Below, in pieces: positions 36,464 to 46,831 of a stretch of DNA of 50,415 bases. Position 1 is the first letter of the stretch; each line of letters begins with the position of its first letter. The position numbers and the translations under genes were made by a program. This stretch comes from an uncultured Hyphomicrobiales bacterium. Its GTDB lineage: Bacteria > Bacteroidota > Ignavibacteria > Kapaibacteriales > Kapaibacteriaceae. Where the stretch lies: contig CAZBOW010000004.1 of assembly GCA_964493635.1 (NCBI GenBank), forward strand, positions 47,635 through 98,049. Direction: 5' to 3'. Under the pieces are notes generated by a model that worked only from the letters and a program-made list of their open reading frames with translations, did not search any database and was not told the origin of the DNA.

Positions 36464-38348
36464 AGGGGCCTCGAATCGTATCGCGTGGGGCGGAGGGAGT
36501 TGCCGGTGTTGCCGCCGGCCGTGTTGTGTCGGCCGAGCGCATTGGCGTGCCCTTCGTCTTGAGTGGGGCAACACCTTCTGGCCACACATCGTTGAGGTAG
36601 TAGTTGATCAAATCGCGCGCAATGGGGGCAGCTACCGTTGATCCAAAACCAGCATTCTCCACCATGGAGCAGATGACGATGGTTGGTTGATCTGCCGGGG
36701 CATAGGCAACGAACCACGAGTGATCTTTGCCGTGGGGATTTTCAGCTGTACCGGTCTTTCCACACACGACGGTGGTAGGGAGCTTCACGTTGCCTGCAGT
36801 ACCTCCGGGCTCGTTGACTACCTTATACATCCCGCGCTGAACAACAGCCATGGTAGCCGGGGAAATCTTCAGATCGACAGCGTCGTAGCCGACCACCGTC
36901 TTTTTTCGGAGAACAGCATTGTAGATCGATCGCACGGCATGGGGCTGGTACAACGTCCCACCGTTGGCCAGAGCCGCAGCATACCGTGCCATCTGCAACG
37001 GTGTTACAGTGATCTCACCTTGCCCGATACCCCAGTTTGCCGCGGCATACTTACTCCATCCGCCCTTACCCCAGCGCCGGTCCATGAAGGCCGTGCTCGG
37101 CACCAAGCCGACCGCTTCCTCACTGATGTCGGCGCGTGTTTTGTGTCCAAACTGAAACTTGTCGGCCCACTTCTTCATCAGGTCCGGTCCCAACTTCATC
37201 CCACAGTTGGCAAAAAACACATTGCACGACACCTGAATGGCATGGTCAACCGTAATCGGGCCGTGCGCTCCGTGGCACGCCATCGACCGATTTCCGTAGT
37301 AGTAGGCCCCAGAACAAGAGATGCGCGTTTGAGGTGTGATCAGGCCCTCTTCAAGACACGCTATTGCCACCAGCATTTTCCAGATTGATCCCGGGGGATA
37401 GTTCGGCATACTGGCCCGGTTGAATAGTGGCTTCTCGGGGTCGGCAGACAGCTTGTTGTAGTAGCCTCGGGTTGTACGACCTGTCAGTTCCCGAAGGTCG
37501 AAGTCTGGCATGCTCGCAAAGGCAAGGATCTCGCCATTTCGGGGATCGAGTGCAACCACCGCACCACGTTTGCCCTGCAGTAGGCGCTCGGCTAACGACT
37601 GGAGGTTTGCATCGATGCCTAGGTAGAGATCGAAACCCTCCTTGGCAGGAATATCACTGCGACCATTGTTGAAGCTAGCCACACGCTGACCGCGATTGTT
37701 GACAGCAACAAACTCATAGCCCTTTTGACCACGAATGTAGGTTTCGTAGCTGCTTTCTAGGCCAATCTTCCCGGTGATGTCGCCGGGGTCGTACATATCG
37801 CCCAACCGTTGGAGTTCCCGATCGTTTACCTCACGCGTGTAGCCCAACAGGTGCGCACCATTGCCGTCGAAATTGTAGAAGCGCTTGGGATCGGTGATGA
37901 CGTCGACACCAGGCAGCCACTCGCGCTGTTCCTCGATCATGGCCAGAACGTCGATGGTAATGTCCCGACCGTCCTTGATCTTGTAGGGACTGAAGCGATT
38001 GAGCCGTGCCGCCTTGGCAACATCGGCCTTTACCGACGAGTCGGATACGCCAAGGATGCGCGCCAAGCGTGTGAGTGATTCCTCGGTTACGTCGTAGGGA
38101 GTTACAATCACCGAAAAGCCCCCTACATTCTGAACCATCGGCGTTCCGTGGCGATCGAACATCAGGCCGCGAAATGGTTCCACCTTGATCTGTTTGATAG
38201 CCTGAGCTTCAGCTTTCAGCCGGTAGTCGCCACCCTGAATAATCTGCAAGTATCCAAGCCGCACAACAAACACACTGACAATAGCCAACACGGCATACCG
38301 CAACATGCGCTGACGGGAAACAGATCCGAATTGATCATCACCAATCAT
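36447..38348 (-). CDS. mrdA: Penicillin-binding protein 2 (peptidoglycan D,D-transpeptidase, elongasome type)
   Basis: 633 aa with an N-terminal TM anchor (YAVLAIVSVFVVRLGYL) and pedestal domain. Transpeptidase motifs are SxxK (GSIWKM), SxN (VSCNVFF) and KTG (GKTGTAE). Confidence 0.9.
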   Translation of the reverse strand: MIGDDQFGSVSRQRMLRYAVLAIVSVFVVRLGYLQIIQGGDYRLKAEAQAIKQIKVEPFRGLMFDRHGTPMVQNVGGFSVIVTPYDVTEESLTRLARILGVSDSSVKADVAKAARLNRFSPYKIKDGRDITIDVLAMIEEQREWLPGVDVITDPKRFYNFDGNGAHLLGYTREVNDRELQRLGDMYDPGDITGKIGLESSYETYIRGQKGYEFVAVNNRGQRVASFNNGRSDIPAKEGFDLYLGIDANLQSLAERLLQGKRGAVVALDPRNGEILAFASMPDFDLRELTGRTTRGYYNKLSADPEKPLFNRASMPNYPPGSIWKMLVAIACLEEGLITPQTRISCSGAYYYGNRSMACHGAHGPITVDHAIQVSCNVFFANCGMKLGPDLMKKWADKFQFGHKTRADISEEAVGLVPSTAFMDRRWGKGGWSKYAAANWGIGQGEITVTPLQMARYAAALANGGTLYQPHAVRSIYNAVLRKKTVVGYDAVDLKISPATMAVVQRGMYKVVNEPGGTAGNVKLPTTVVCGKTGTAENPHGKDHSWFVAYAPADQPTIVICSMVENAGFGSTVAAPIARDLINYYLNDVWPEGVAPLKTKGTPMRSADTTRPAATPATPSAPRDTIRGPFVVAR

Positions 38349-39682
38349 GGAGAGATATGTTGATCGTTAGGGGTGGACAAACTGCGCTGACGCGAAACAA
38401 TCGACACGAGGGCAAACACAACGGCAAACAGAACATTTCCGTACCGTTGATCGAAGAAGCCCGCCGTGAGAATGGTTAGATAGAGCGTCGGTAAAAATAA
38501 GCCGATACCGATGGCCACCGAACGGATCAACGGCGTCATCCGAGCCGATGCTGGATCTCTCCATGCCGCCCAGGTATGCTCGACGGACTTCCACGAGAAC
38601 GCGATAATGAAACTGAACAGGATCAGCGACAGGGGAATACCGTACTTGAACATTGCGCTGACGTAGCCGATGTGGATGAAGGACTTCTGCCACGTGAATT
38701 GCGAGATGGGATCCCATGCAAGCAGCTCCGCGCGGAGGCCATTGCCACCCAGTGGATACATGCGGATATACTGCTCGGCGGCCTCTGCTTCGATCAGACG
38801 TGTCTCGAAGGAATAGTCGCCCCCTGTGAGTTGCGTCGAACTGGTGATACGATCCTCAATCAACCGCAGTCCGATCTGCGTGATACGTGGCGCAACGATC
38901 GTACCAGCCAGATAGGCTGCTCCTACAATGAGGGTTGTTGCGGCTACGTAGCGAATGCGCTGCGGCCACCGAAGGAAGACAACCAGAGCGACAAGCGACA
39001 TTCCCGTGGGGATCCACAGCGACCGCGTAAAGGACTGAATCAGGCCACCGGCATTGATCAGAACCAATCCGGTCAGCAGGAGCTTAGTCCAGCGCGATCG
39101 GACATGAAACAGAACGGACGTACCTAGCAGGATGGCCAAGACAAACACGGGACCAAACAAACGGCTTCGAGAGGCTAGGATCTGGTAGGCGTACACCAGC
39201 CCACTTCCGGTACGCGTAAGGTAGTGGTAGGCCGACAGTCCGGCAGCCTCCAGGGAGGCGATCGCAAGAAGAACAAGAAGTTGCCGTAGGGATCGTTCAC
39301 TGTGGCCAAACACGTCCCGAAGCGGAAAGTAGTAGAGCATCAGCAACAGCACGGCCCATTCGCTCATCCAGTCCAGCAGCTCGACGTCATTCAACAAGGC
39401 GATGCCAACATTGAGGACGGACAATGCCAGAAACAGCACCAGAAGGAAGTCGCCCCACCAGTGCAGAAGCTTCTTCCCCGTGGCAAGAGCGTGTACCAAC
39501 CACACACTGAGGGAGCCCAGAATGTACACGGCAAGAATCACCTCGGACACGCTCAGCCCCTTGCCCGTATCGAACAGGAAGAAGGGAAAGGCCAGGATGA
39601 CACTGCCCAGCCATACCTTGGGCCATTTGGGCCAGTTGGGCCAGTCGGGCCGCGCTATCATGCGTGCATCAGACGTTGGCAT
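38345..39682 (-). CDS. O-antigen ligase / Wzy_C-family polytopic membrane protein
   Basis: 445 aa with about 10-12 TM helices. The Wzy_C-like core is LIQSFTRSLWIPTGMSLVALVVF, followed by a periplasmic loop ending YPLGGNGLRAELL...FIHIGYVSAMFKYGIPL. I see no SEDS (RodA/FtsW) signature. Its stop overlaps the mrdA start (ATGA). ATG 39661 is an alternative start. Confidence 0.65.
   Translation of the reverse strand: MPTSDARMIARPDWPNWPKWPKVWLGSVILAFPFFLFDTGKGLSVSEVILAVYILGSLSVWLVHALATGKKLLHWWGDFLLVLFLALSVLNVGIALLNDVELLDWMSEWAVLLLMLYYFPLRDVFGHSERSLRQLLVLLAIASLEAAGLSAYHYLTRTGSGLVYAYQILASRSRLFGPVFVLAILLGTSVLFHVRSRWTKLLLTGLVLINAGGLIQSFTRSLWIPTGMSLVALVVFLRWPQRIRYVAATTLIVGAAYLAGTIVAPRITQIGLRLIEDRITSSTQLTGGDYSFETRLIEAEAAEQYIRMYPLGGNGLRAELLAWDPISQFTWQKSFIHIGYVSAMFKYGIPLSLILFSFIIAFSWKSVEHTWAAWRDPASARMTPLIRSVAIGIGLFLPTLYLTILTAGFFDQRYGNVLFAVVFALVSIVSRQRSLSTPNDQHISP
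39618..39653 (-). repeat. In-frame 9-bp tandem repeat x3-4 at the 5' end of the Wzy_C-like gene
   Basis: Plus strand reads ttgggccat / ttgggccag / ttgggccag / tcgggccgc. On the coding strand this encodes (R)PDWPNWPKWPK. Confidence 0.8.
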
Positions 39683-40793
39683 TCATCATGGTACGGTAGG
39701 CCCGAATGGCCAGTAGAATGATCATCGTGAGGATCCCGATACCAAGGCCGGCACCAGCGGAGATCAGTGCTCGTTTCGGACGATCCTTCTTCTCGGCGGG
39801 AATTGGTGTGTCCACGACCAACAGCGACGGTGTCGACTTCATCTGGTCCAGCTGAGCCTGTTCGAGCGATGGCATCAGAAAGGACTTCAACTTCGCGTGG
39901 GCTTCAAAGTCTCCCAAGATTCTCATATATCGTGCGCCGATACCTGCCGCGTCCGTGATTGCAAAGTCGCCTGCCAATCCCGGAGTGCGAAGCATGGATT
40001 CGGTGCGCTTTTTCAGATCGTCGACCATTGTTCGCTGAGCGCGAACCTGGGCATCCTGCGGCCCGTAGCTGGTTTCCAGCAAACCCAAGATCGTTTCCTG
40101 CTGCAGCAGGTTCGCCTTTGCCTCGGCAATGGCCGTCGCCGACGCCTTTGCCTGATCCTCGGGCGAAAACATCAGGTAGGTGCGCGAATAATACTGCAAC
40201 GAGTCTGTGAGGGCATCTAACGTAGAATCAATGAGGCCAATCCGACCACGCAGGTAGCCATAGGTCTTTGCCGCATCCTGACGGTGAATATCGTTGGCAA
40301 TGCCGTTGGCATAGTCGACGTATGCCTGGCACATCGTTGCGGCCTTGACTGAGTCGCGACTCCAGATGGAAATCTCGTAGTTACCCTCGGCGTGGAGTTC
40401 CACGTCCAGATTATCCTCGAACTCCTTCCGGACGTCTTTCATCGGCTTGTCTTCCAGCTCGTATTCACGGCGCAGGTCAAAGCGGGCAATCATTGAATCT
40501 TGGATCTGGCGTGTGAAGAAAATCAGCACGAACTCGTACTGCTCTCCACCACCGCCACTGAGCTTCGACAATCCGAAATCCTTCAGCGCCGAACCCAGAC
40601 CTCCCGCAGCACCGCCGAGTAATCCCTGATCACTGGTAGCCGGAACACAGTTGATGGTTGACTTGAAGTAGTTCGGGAGGGTACGTGTATAGAGGTACGT
40701 GCCAATAGCCACGGCGGCCGTGATACCGATCAGCAGCCATTTGTAGCGAAGGAGATACCGGATCGTTTCGGCAGTTGGAAAGGAGTTCGACAT
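39669..40793 (-). CDS. Polysaccharide co-polymerase (Wzz/chain-length-determinant-like, PCP family, no kinase domain)
   Basis: 374 aa from ATG 40793. It has an N-terminal TM (YKWLLIGITAAVAIGTYLY), a long coiled-coil-like periplasmic region, the Pro-rich motif VVDTPIPAEKKDRPKR, then a C-terminal TM (ALISAGAGLGIGILTMIILLAI). The upstream 149 codons of listed ORF 39669..41240 overlap the divergent GT4 gene and are rejected. Confidence 0.7.
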   Translation of the reverse strand: MSNSFPTAETIRYLLRYKWLLIGITAAVAIGTYLYTRTLPNYFKSTINCVPATSDQGLLGGAAGGLGSALKDFGLSKLSGGGGEQYEFVLIFFTRQIQDSMIARFDLRREYELEDKPMKDVRKEFEDNLDVELHAEGNYEISIWSRDSVKAATMCQAYVDYANGIANDIHRQDAAKTYGYLRGRIGLIDSTLDALTDSLQYYSRTYLMFSPEDQAKASATAIAEAKANLLQQETILGLLETSYGPQDAQVRAQRTMVDDLKKRTESMLRTPGLAGDFAITDAAGIGARYMRILGDFEAHAKLKSFLMPSLEQAQLDQMKSTPSLLVVDTPIPAEKKDRPKRALISAGAGLGIGILTMIILLAIRAYRTMMNANV

Positions 40794-40859
40794 GAGCTCT
40801 GCAGCGAATGGTACAAGCTTCTCAAAGATACGGTGATCCGGTGCGTTAACTTTGCCCGT

Positions 40860-42167
40860 ATGAATGACGTTCAGGTTCCACAGTCCGTCGTGGTTGTGCT
40901 CTCGAGGATTCCCCAGGAGCCCTTCGACGGGGCGATGGTGACGGTCAGTCGCACGCTCACCGGACTGCGGAATGCAGGGAGCCATGTTACGCTCCTTGCC
41001 CTGAATCCCGCCAAACACCGCAGTACCGTGGAACAGGCGGGGCTGTACGCAGATACCAGCTCGCTGTTCGACATCGATACCCGTGTTACGGTGCAGGGGG
41101 CTCTTCGCGCCCTGGTCCGTCGTGGCGAACCCGTGGCAACCGACCTTCCGACGGCATCCTACCAGATCCAGCGGTTCTTCTCGGCCAGGATGTTCCAGGC
41201 ACTCCTTGAGCGGTGCCGACAACCCGTCGACCTGATCCATTTCGATGGCCTACCCATGGCGTGGTATGGCGTCGCACTTCAGCAGGTACTGGGCGAGGCC
41301 TGCCCTCCGTGGATCTATCGTGGTCACAATGCTGAGTACCGGATCCTTGAGCAACAGGCACGCAATGCTGTACGTCCGGCCTGGCAGCGATGGTACTATC
41401 GGTTGCTGGCGGCCCAGACTCGCCGCTTTGAACAGGCCATCATCGCGCGGGCGCCTGCCGTAGCAACCGTCTCGGACACGGACACGCAGGTTCTTTCCCA
41501 GCTCGTGTCGTCCTTGTCGGAGTCATCGGAGTCAGCGGCCACCATCCGCACGGTACGTCCCGGCTTTGATGTTGCGCCACACCTGCACCGTGCATCAGTG
41601 GCGCAACCCCGCACCCACCTTGGGTTCCTGGGTTCCTTGGAGTGGGAGCCCAATATTGAGGGATTGGAGTGGTTTGTGCATCACGTATGGCCCCGCATCC
41701 GCAGAACCATTCCGGAGGCACGGCTCACGATTGCCGGCCGCGCACCCGGTGAGCGCGTGTATGCCTTGCAGTCTGCAGAAGGTGTGGAGGTGAAGGGGCC
41801 GGTGGAGTCCGCCTCGGAGTTTCTGCAATCCGTAGATGTGGTGATTGCTCCGGTGTTAAGTGGCAGCGGTATTCGCATGAAACTTCTTGAGGGAATGGCC
41901 AACGGTTGCGCCATCGTGACAACCTCCAGCGGGGCCGAGGGTCTGCCGCTCGTGTCTGGCCACCACGTCATCATTGCCGACGATCCAGCCGACTATGCCC
42001 AGTCCTGTGTGATGCTGGTCCAAGACCCGCGCCGGGCCAGGATGATGGGGGAGCACGGCCGCCAGCTGATCACCGAACAGTTCTCATGGGACAGCAGTAT
42101 GCGCGCCCTTCTGGATACCTACTCGGCTGCCAAAGCCTTCAGGCGCTCTATCTCGTCACGAAGGTAG
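40860..42167 (+). CDS. Glycosyltransferase family 4 (GT-B)
   Basis: 435 aa from ATG 40860; GTG 40833 is an alternative start. The C-terminal donor-binding region is [36 protein letters not shown]. It is divergent from the Wzz-like gene. Confidence 0.8.
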   Translation: MNDVQVPQSVVVVLSRIPQEPFDGAMVTVSRTLTGLRNAGSHVTLLALNPAKHRSTVEQAGLYADTSSLFDIDTRVTVQGALRALVRRGEPVATDLPTASYQIQRFFSARMFQALLERCRQPVDLIHFDGLPMAWYGVALQQVLGEACPPWIYRGHNAEYRILEQQARNAVRPAWQRWYYRLLAAQTRRFEQAIIARAPAVATVSDTDTQVLSQLVSSLSESSESAATIRTVRPGFDVAPHLHRASVAQPRTHLGFLGSLEWEPNIEGLEWFVHHVWPRIRRTIPEARLTIAGRAPGERVYALQSAEGVEVKGPVESASEFLQSVDVVIAPVLSGSGIRMKLLEGMANGCAIVTTSSGAEGLPLVSGHHVIIADDPADYAQSCVMLVQDPRRARMMGEHGRQLITEQFSWDSSMRALLDTYSAAKAFRRSISSRR

Positions 42168-44149
42168 GCCGCTCGCTCAAAGTCGAGGTCCTTTGCGGCG
42201 GTTCGCATTTCGTTGAACATTTGATCGAGGACGTCGGCACGCTGCTCGGCCGTGAGATACTTCGCAATGGGCTCGGTTGCCTTTGCCAACTGCTCGCGGG
42301 CAGCCTTTTTCTTTCGATCTGAACGCGAGGCATTGATATCGGCCACCGACGTCGACTCCAGAATCTCCTCTAGGGACTTGTACACCGTTTTGGGATCGAT
42401 GCCATGCTCGACGTTGTAGGCTTGCTGGATCTCCCGCCGACGGTTGGTTTCGTCGATGACAGCACGCATGCTATCGGTGATCTTGTCGGCGTAGAAGATC
42501 ACCAAGCCGTCAACGTTTCGAGCGGTTCTGCCGGCGGTCTGCATCAGGGATCGTTCGCTGCGCAGGAATCCTTCCTTATCGGCATCGAGAATCGCAACCA
42601 AGGACACTTCCGGCATATCTAATCCCTCGCGCAGCAGGTTGACACCAACCAGGACGTCGAAGGTTCCCAAGCGCAGACCGCGAATGATCTCCACCCGCTC
42701 CAAGGCATCAACGTCGGAGTGGATGTAGGCCACCTTAATCGACAGGTTGTGGAGGTAGTCGGCCAGATCTTCGGCCATGCGTTTGGTAAGGGTTGTGCAC
42801 AGCACGCGTTCCTTCCGCTCCACGCGGTTGCGGATCTCGTGCATCAGGTCGTCGACTTGATTGCGGATTGGGCGCACTTCGATGCGGGGATCCAGCAAGC
42901 CGGTTGGTCGAATGACCTGTTCGACAACCACACCCATGCTCTTTTCGAGCTCGTAGTCACCGGGCGTAGCACTCACATAGATCGCCTGATGGACGTGCCC
43001 CTCGAACTCGTTGAACATCAGAGGCCGATTCTCCAAGGCCGAGGGTAGGCGAAATCCGTGATCGACCAGTGTGAGTTTTCGTTGACGGTCGCCATTGAAC
43101 ATCCCACGTACTTGCGGGATGGTCACGTGACTCTCGTCGACCACCAAGAGGAAGTCCTCGGGAAAGTAATCGATCAAGCAGGCTGGCTTCTCGCCCGGAA
43201 GGCGTCCAGAGAGGTGCATGGAGTAGTTTTCAATGCCAGAACAGTAGCCCACTTCTTTCATCATCTCGATGTCAAAGAGGGTTCGCTGCTCCAATCGCTG
43301 CGCTTCAAGGAGCTTGCCAACTTCGCGCAGTTCCTTCAGTCGAGCAACGAGCTCGTCCTTGATGTCCACAATCGCACGCTGCAGGTTGCTCTCCGAGGTC
43401 ACAAACAGACGTGCAGGGTAGAGGAGGACCACGTCCGTGGTCTCCAACACGCGGCCATCGCGTGGATCGATCCAGCTCAGGCGCTCCACGTCGTTTCCGA
43501 ACATCTCTACCCGGATGGCCTTTTGATCCTCATATGCGGGGATAATGTCGATCACATCTCCGCGCACGCGGAACGTTCCCCGCGCAAACTCGAAGTCGTT
43601 TCGGCTGTAGTGGATGTCGTTGAGTCGAAAGAGCAGCTCTTTCCGACTGATCGACATGCCTTGGCGCAACACCATCAGCTGATCTTTGAAATCCTCCTTC
43701 GCACCAATGCCGTAGATGCACGATACGGAGGCCACAACGATGACGTCGCGTCGGCCTTCCACCAGAGCACTGGTGGCACGCAGTCGCAAACGATCAATTT
43801 CGTCGTTGATCGAAAAGTCCTTCTCGATATAGACATCGTTCTGCGGAACGTAGGCTTCCGGCTGGTAGTAGTCGTAGTAGCTGATGAAGAACTCAACAGC
43901 GTTGTTCGGGAAGAAGCTCTTGAACTCCCCATAGAGCTGTGCGGCAAGCGTCTTGTTCGGAGAGATCACCAGCGTTGGGCGCTGGACCTGTTGAATCACG
44001 TTGGAAATCGTGAACGTTTTGCCCGATCCGGTAACTCCCAGCAGCGTTTGGTGGTGCCGACCCTCGTGCAGGCCCTGGACCAGCTCCGCGATCGCTCGAG
44101 GCTGGTCGCCGGCGGGTTGGTACTTGGTATGGAGTTCGAACTGGGACAT
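42119..44149 (-). CDS. uvrB: Excinuclease ABC subunit B
   Basis: ATG 44149 gives [20 protein letters not shown]; the ORF track TTG 44176 adds 9 aa. It has Walker [13 protein letters not shown], helicase motifs, and the C-terminal UVR domain ([14 protein letters not shown]). Confidence 0.97.
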   Translation of the reverse strand: MSQFELHTKYQPAGDQPRAIAELVQGLHEGRHHQTLLGVTGSGKTFTISNVIQQVQRPTLVISPNKTLAAQLYGEFKSFFPNNAVEFFISYYDYYQPEAYVPQNDVYIEKDFSINDEIDRLRLRATSALVEGRRDVIVVASVSCIYGIGAKEDFKDQLMVLRQGMSISRKELLFRLNDIHYSRNDFEFARGTFRVRGDVIDIIPAYEDQKAIRVEMFGNDVERLSWIDPRDGRVLETTDVVLLYPARLFVTSESNLQRAIVDIKDELVARLKELREVGKLLEAQRLEQRTLFDIEMMKEVGYCSGIENYSMHLSGRLPGEKPACLIDYFPEDFLLVVDESHVTIPQVRGMFNGDRQRKLTLVDHGFRLPSALENRPLMFNEFEGHVHQAIYVSATPGDYELEKSMGVVVEQVIRPTGLLDPRIEVRPIRNQVDDLMHEIRNRVERKERVLCTTLTKRMAEDLADYLHNLSIKVAYIHSDVDALERVEIIRGLRLGTFDVLVGVNLLREGLDMPEVSLVAILDADKEGFLRSERSLMQTAGRTARNVDGLVIFYADKITDSMRAVIDETNRRREIQQAYNVEHGIDPKTVYKSLEEILESTSVADINASRSDRKKKAAREQLAKATEPIAKYLTAEQRADVLDQMFNEMRTAAKDLDFERAAYLRDEIERLKALAAE

Positions 44150-44265
44150 CGTATAAAACTCGTCAATTTCGGTCAATTCAGGGAATTCACGGTTGCCAAG
44201 GGCAAACAGATCGCCGTATCTTTGCAGTTTTTCGCCCCAATCACGCTTACCGAACTGGAGCCAGG

Positions 44266-45312
44266 ATGAAACTCTCGGAATTCAAGTTTTCCGTACCTCG
44301 AAATGCCGTTGCCAAGGTGCCTGCCGAACCACGCGAAACGGCAAAAATGATGGTGTACAATCGCGAAACCAAGCAGATCGAGGACAAGGAGTTCAAGAAC
44401 ATCGTCTCCTACATGCAGAAGGGGGACGTGATCGTGGTGAACGAATCCAAGGTGTTTCCCGCGCGCCTGTTCGGCAAGAAGGAAAAGACGAACGCCAAGA
44501 TCGAGGTGATGCTCCTTCGGGAGCTCAAGGCAGCCGAGCGCATCTGGGATGTTCTGGTGGAACCGGCACGGAAGGTGCGGATTGGCAACAAAATCTACTT
44601 CGACGACGGCAGTTTCTACTGCGAGATCATCGACAACACCACGTCGCGCGGACGTACCGTGCGCTTTTCCTACGATGGTGACCTGCATGCCGTCATCGAG
44701 CGCATCGGCCAGATGCCCATCCCTGAGTACATCAAGCGCGAGCCCACGGACGACGACAAAGATTGGTACCAGTCGATCTTTGCCAATCCAGAGAAGGTCG
44801 GCTCCATTGCTCCGGCCACAGCGGGGTTGCACTTCAGTGAAAAGCTCCTGAAAGCCGCCGAGAAGAAAGGTGTTCAGATTGCCCCGATTCAACTCAACAT
44901 CGGCCAGGGTGTGTTCGAGTCCATCGAAGTCGAGGACCTTACCAAGCACCGCATGTACAGCGAGTACTTCGAGATTACGCGTCAATCGGCCGACATTATC
45001 AACAAGGCGCTCAAAGCCAAGAAGAACGTGTATGCCGTAGGGTGCTCGGTAGTTCGCGCTTTGGAGTCGAGTGTGCTAACCTCCGGTATTGTCAAGCCGA
45101 ACAAAGGTTGGACCGACAAGTTCATTCATCCTCCGTACGAGTTCAAGATTGCCAACCGCTTCATCACGAACTTCCACACGCCGGCGTCTCCGGGACTGCT
45201 GATGACGGCAGCCTTTATGGGCGACAAGGACGAACTCTTCAAATCGTACAAGCGTGCCATGAAGTCGGACTACCGGTTCTTCGCCTACGGCGACGCCATG
45301 CTGATTATCTAA
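44266..45312 (+). CDS. queA: S-adenosylmethionine:tRNA ribosyltransferase-isomerase
   Basis: 348 aa. Seen: [24 protein letters not shown]...[16 protein letters not shown]...[10 protein letters not shown]...NFHTP.S.LLM. Confidence 0.95.
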   Translation: MKLSEFKFSVPRNAVAKVPAEPRETAKMMVYNRETKQIEDKEFKNIVSYMQKGDVIVVNESKVFPARLFGKKEKTNAKIEVMLLRELKAAERIWDVLVEPARKVRIGNKIYFDDGSFYCEIIDNTTSRGRTVRFSYDGDLHAVIERIGQMPIPEYIKREPTDDDKDWYQSIFANPEKVGSIAPATAGLHFSEKLLKAAEKKGVQIAPIQLNIGQGVFESIEVEDLTKHRMYSEYFEITRQSADIINKALKAKKNVYAVGCSVVRALESSVLTSGIVKPNKGWTDKFIHPPYEFKIANRFITNFHTPASPGLLMTAAFMGDKDELFKSYKRAMKSDYRFFAYGDAMLII

Positions 45313-45334
45313 CGAACCTGCGAGGAACGGCATC

Positions 45335-46831
45335 ATGACGGCCTACAGCGATCTTGAACGGATCATGCATACGGTAACCGATCTCGGCGCGGCGGGTGCT
45401 GTGCTCGGGTGGGATCAGGAGACCTACATGCCGGATGGGGCCGTCGAGGCGCGCTCCGAGCAGCTATCTACGTTAGCGACACTGCAACATCACTATGCCG
45501 TTAACGAAGCCGCGCAGGCTGCCGTGGCGGCTGTCCGACCGGTACTGTCCGAGCTTCCGGAGCGCAAGCGCCGCGTTGCCGAGACGTTCATCCGGGACCA
45601 TGAGCGTGCACTGAAACTTCCGGCCGAGTTTGTCAGTGAGCTGGCGAAAACAGCTTCGATGGCGCAGGACGCCTGGAAGCGTGCTCGGTCGGCGAGCGAC
45701 TTCTCCATCTTTCAGCCGTGGTTGGAGCGGATCGTTGAACTGAAACGGACCGAGGCCTCCATCCTGGGCTTTGAGGGTCATCCGTACGATGTGATGGTAG
45801 ACACCTACGAGCCTGGCCTGACGCAGGCACAACTGGGCCCGGTGTTCGAGCGACTGCAAGCGGGAACATTGGAGATCCTGAATCGACTGCAACCTGCGCA
45901 GACGCGGGTGGACGATACCCTGATGTATCGACACTACGATCGGAATGCTCAGCTGCAGCTGGCAACGTCGATGGTATCGGCTCTCGGTTTTTCGCTGCAC
46001 ACCGGCCGCGTTGACCTTTCAGCCCATCCCTTTTGCACCCAGTTTTCCCATACCGACGTTCGCCTAACAACCCGCATCCGCGAGCATGACCTCCGATCGT
46101 GCCTCTTCGGCCTGATTCACGAGGCGGGCCATGGCATGTATGAGCAAGGGGTGTCGGCCGAGCTGACACGGACCCCGTCAGCGCAAGGTGCGAGTATGGG
46201 TATCCATGAATCGCAGTCGCTCTTCTGGGAAAATATGGTGGCACGAAGTGCAGCGTTCTGGGAATGGGGCTTTCCGCGACTGCGCGATGCCTTTCCGGAT
46301 CAGATGGCCGATCAAACACCACGGTCGGTGTACGAGGCCATCAATAAGATTCAGCCGTCGCTCAACCGCGTTGAGAGCGACGAGCTCACGTATAACCTGC
46401 ACATCATTCTGCGATTTCAGATTGAGCGTTCACTGATGGATGGTTCGCTGGCGGTTACGGATGTCCCTGCTGCCTGGAATCAGGGAATGCACGACCTGCT
46501 TGGTGTTGTGCCGCCATCGGATGCCGAAGGGTGTCTGCAAGACGTACACTGGAGCTTTGGTGGCATCGGATACTTCCCATCGTACACGCTTGGCAAGCTC
46601 TACGCCGCCATGGAATGGAATGCCCTCAAGGGTGACCTTCCCGATGTAGAGGACCGACTGGCCAACGGGGATTTTGCCCCCATCCTGTCGTGGCTGCGCT
46701 TGAACATTCATGATTATGGGCGTACCGAGCTCCCGAATGAGATCGTCCGTCGCGTGACGGGTCGGGACCTTACCGAACACGACTTCCTTGACTACATCGG
46801 CCGCAAGGCTGATGATGTCTATGGCCTCTAA
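45335..46831 (+). CDS. M32-family metallocarboxypeptidase (Taq-type)
   Basis: 498 aa. M32 signature set: HPF (SAHPFC), DVRLTT, the zinc motif HEAGHGMYEQG, IHESQSLFWEN, and GCLQDVHWS. Confidence 0.9.
   Translation: MTAYSDLERIMHTVTDLGAAGAVLGWDQETYMPDGAVEARSEQLSTLATLQHHYAVNEAAQAAVAAVRPVLSELPERKRRVAETFIRDHERALKLPAEFVSELAKTASMAQDAWKRARSASDFSIFQPWLERIVELKRTEASILGFEGHPYDVMVDTYEPGLTQAQLGPVFERLQAGTLEILNRLQPAQTRVDDTLMYRHYDRNAQLQLATSMVSALGFSLHTGRVDLSAHPFCTQFSHTDVRLTTRIREHDLRSCLFGLIHEAGHGMYEQGVSAELTRTPSAQGASMGIHESQSLFWENMVARSAAFWEWGFPRLRDAFPDQMADQTPRSVYEAINKIQPSLNRVESDELTYNLHIILRFQIERSLMDGSLAVTDVPAAWNQGMHDLLGVVPPSDAEGCLQDVHWSFGGIGYFPSYTLGKLYAAMEWNALKGDLPDVEDRLANGDFAPILSWLRLNIHDYGRTELPNEIVRRVTGRDLTEHDFLDYIGRKADDVYGL

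Noticed and set aside
36464-36589. Arg-rich N-terminal extension of the SBP ORF (MCGQKVLPHSRRRARQ...)
   Set aside because: It lies inside the mrdA coding region in another frame. A lipoprotein signal begins at the TTG triplet at 36463-36455, which fits an SBP far better.
40794-41240. N-terminal 149 codons of listed ORF 39669..41240
   Set aside because: The extension overlaps the divergent GT4 gene and is hydrophilic junk-like sequence. The Wzz-like N-terminal TM architecture begins right after ATG 40793.
44162-44205. Direct GTCAATT repeats (44162-44168, 44172-44178) and a small TTGCC-AAG-GGCAA hairpin (44193-44205) in the uvrB/queA divergent region, considered as an SOS-type operator
   Set aside because: There is no match to any LexA-box consensus I know. 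The elements are short and could equally be promoter parts. This is insufficient evidence for a regulatory call.
43058-44269. 403-aa ORF antisense to uvrB (also 44173..44985 antisense to queA, 25940..27070 antisense to GT4/gmhB, 78..1028 antisense to actB, 22576..23292 antisense to E1)
   Set aside because: All are long open frames opposite genes with clear family signatures. None has its own recognisable domain, and they would require full-length antisense overlap.
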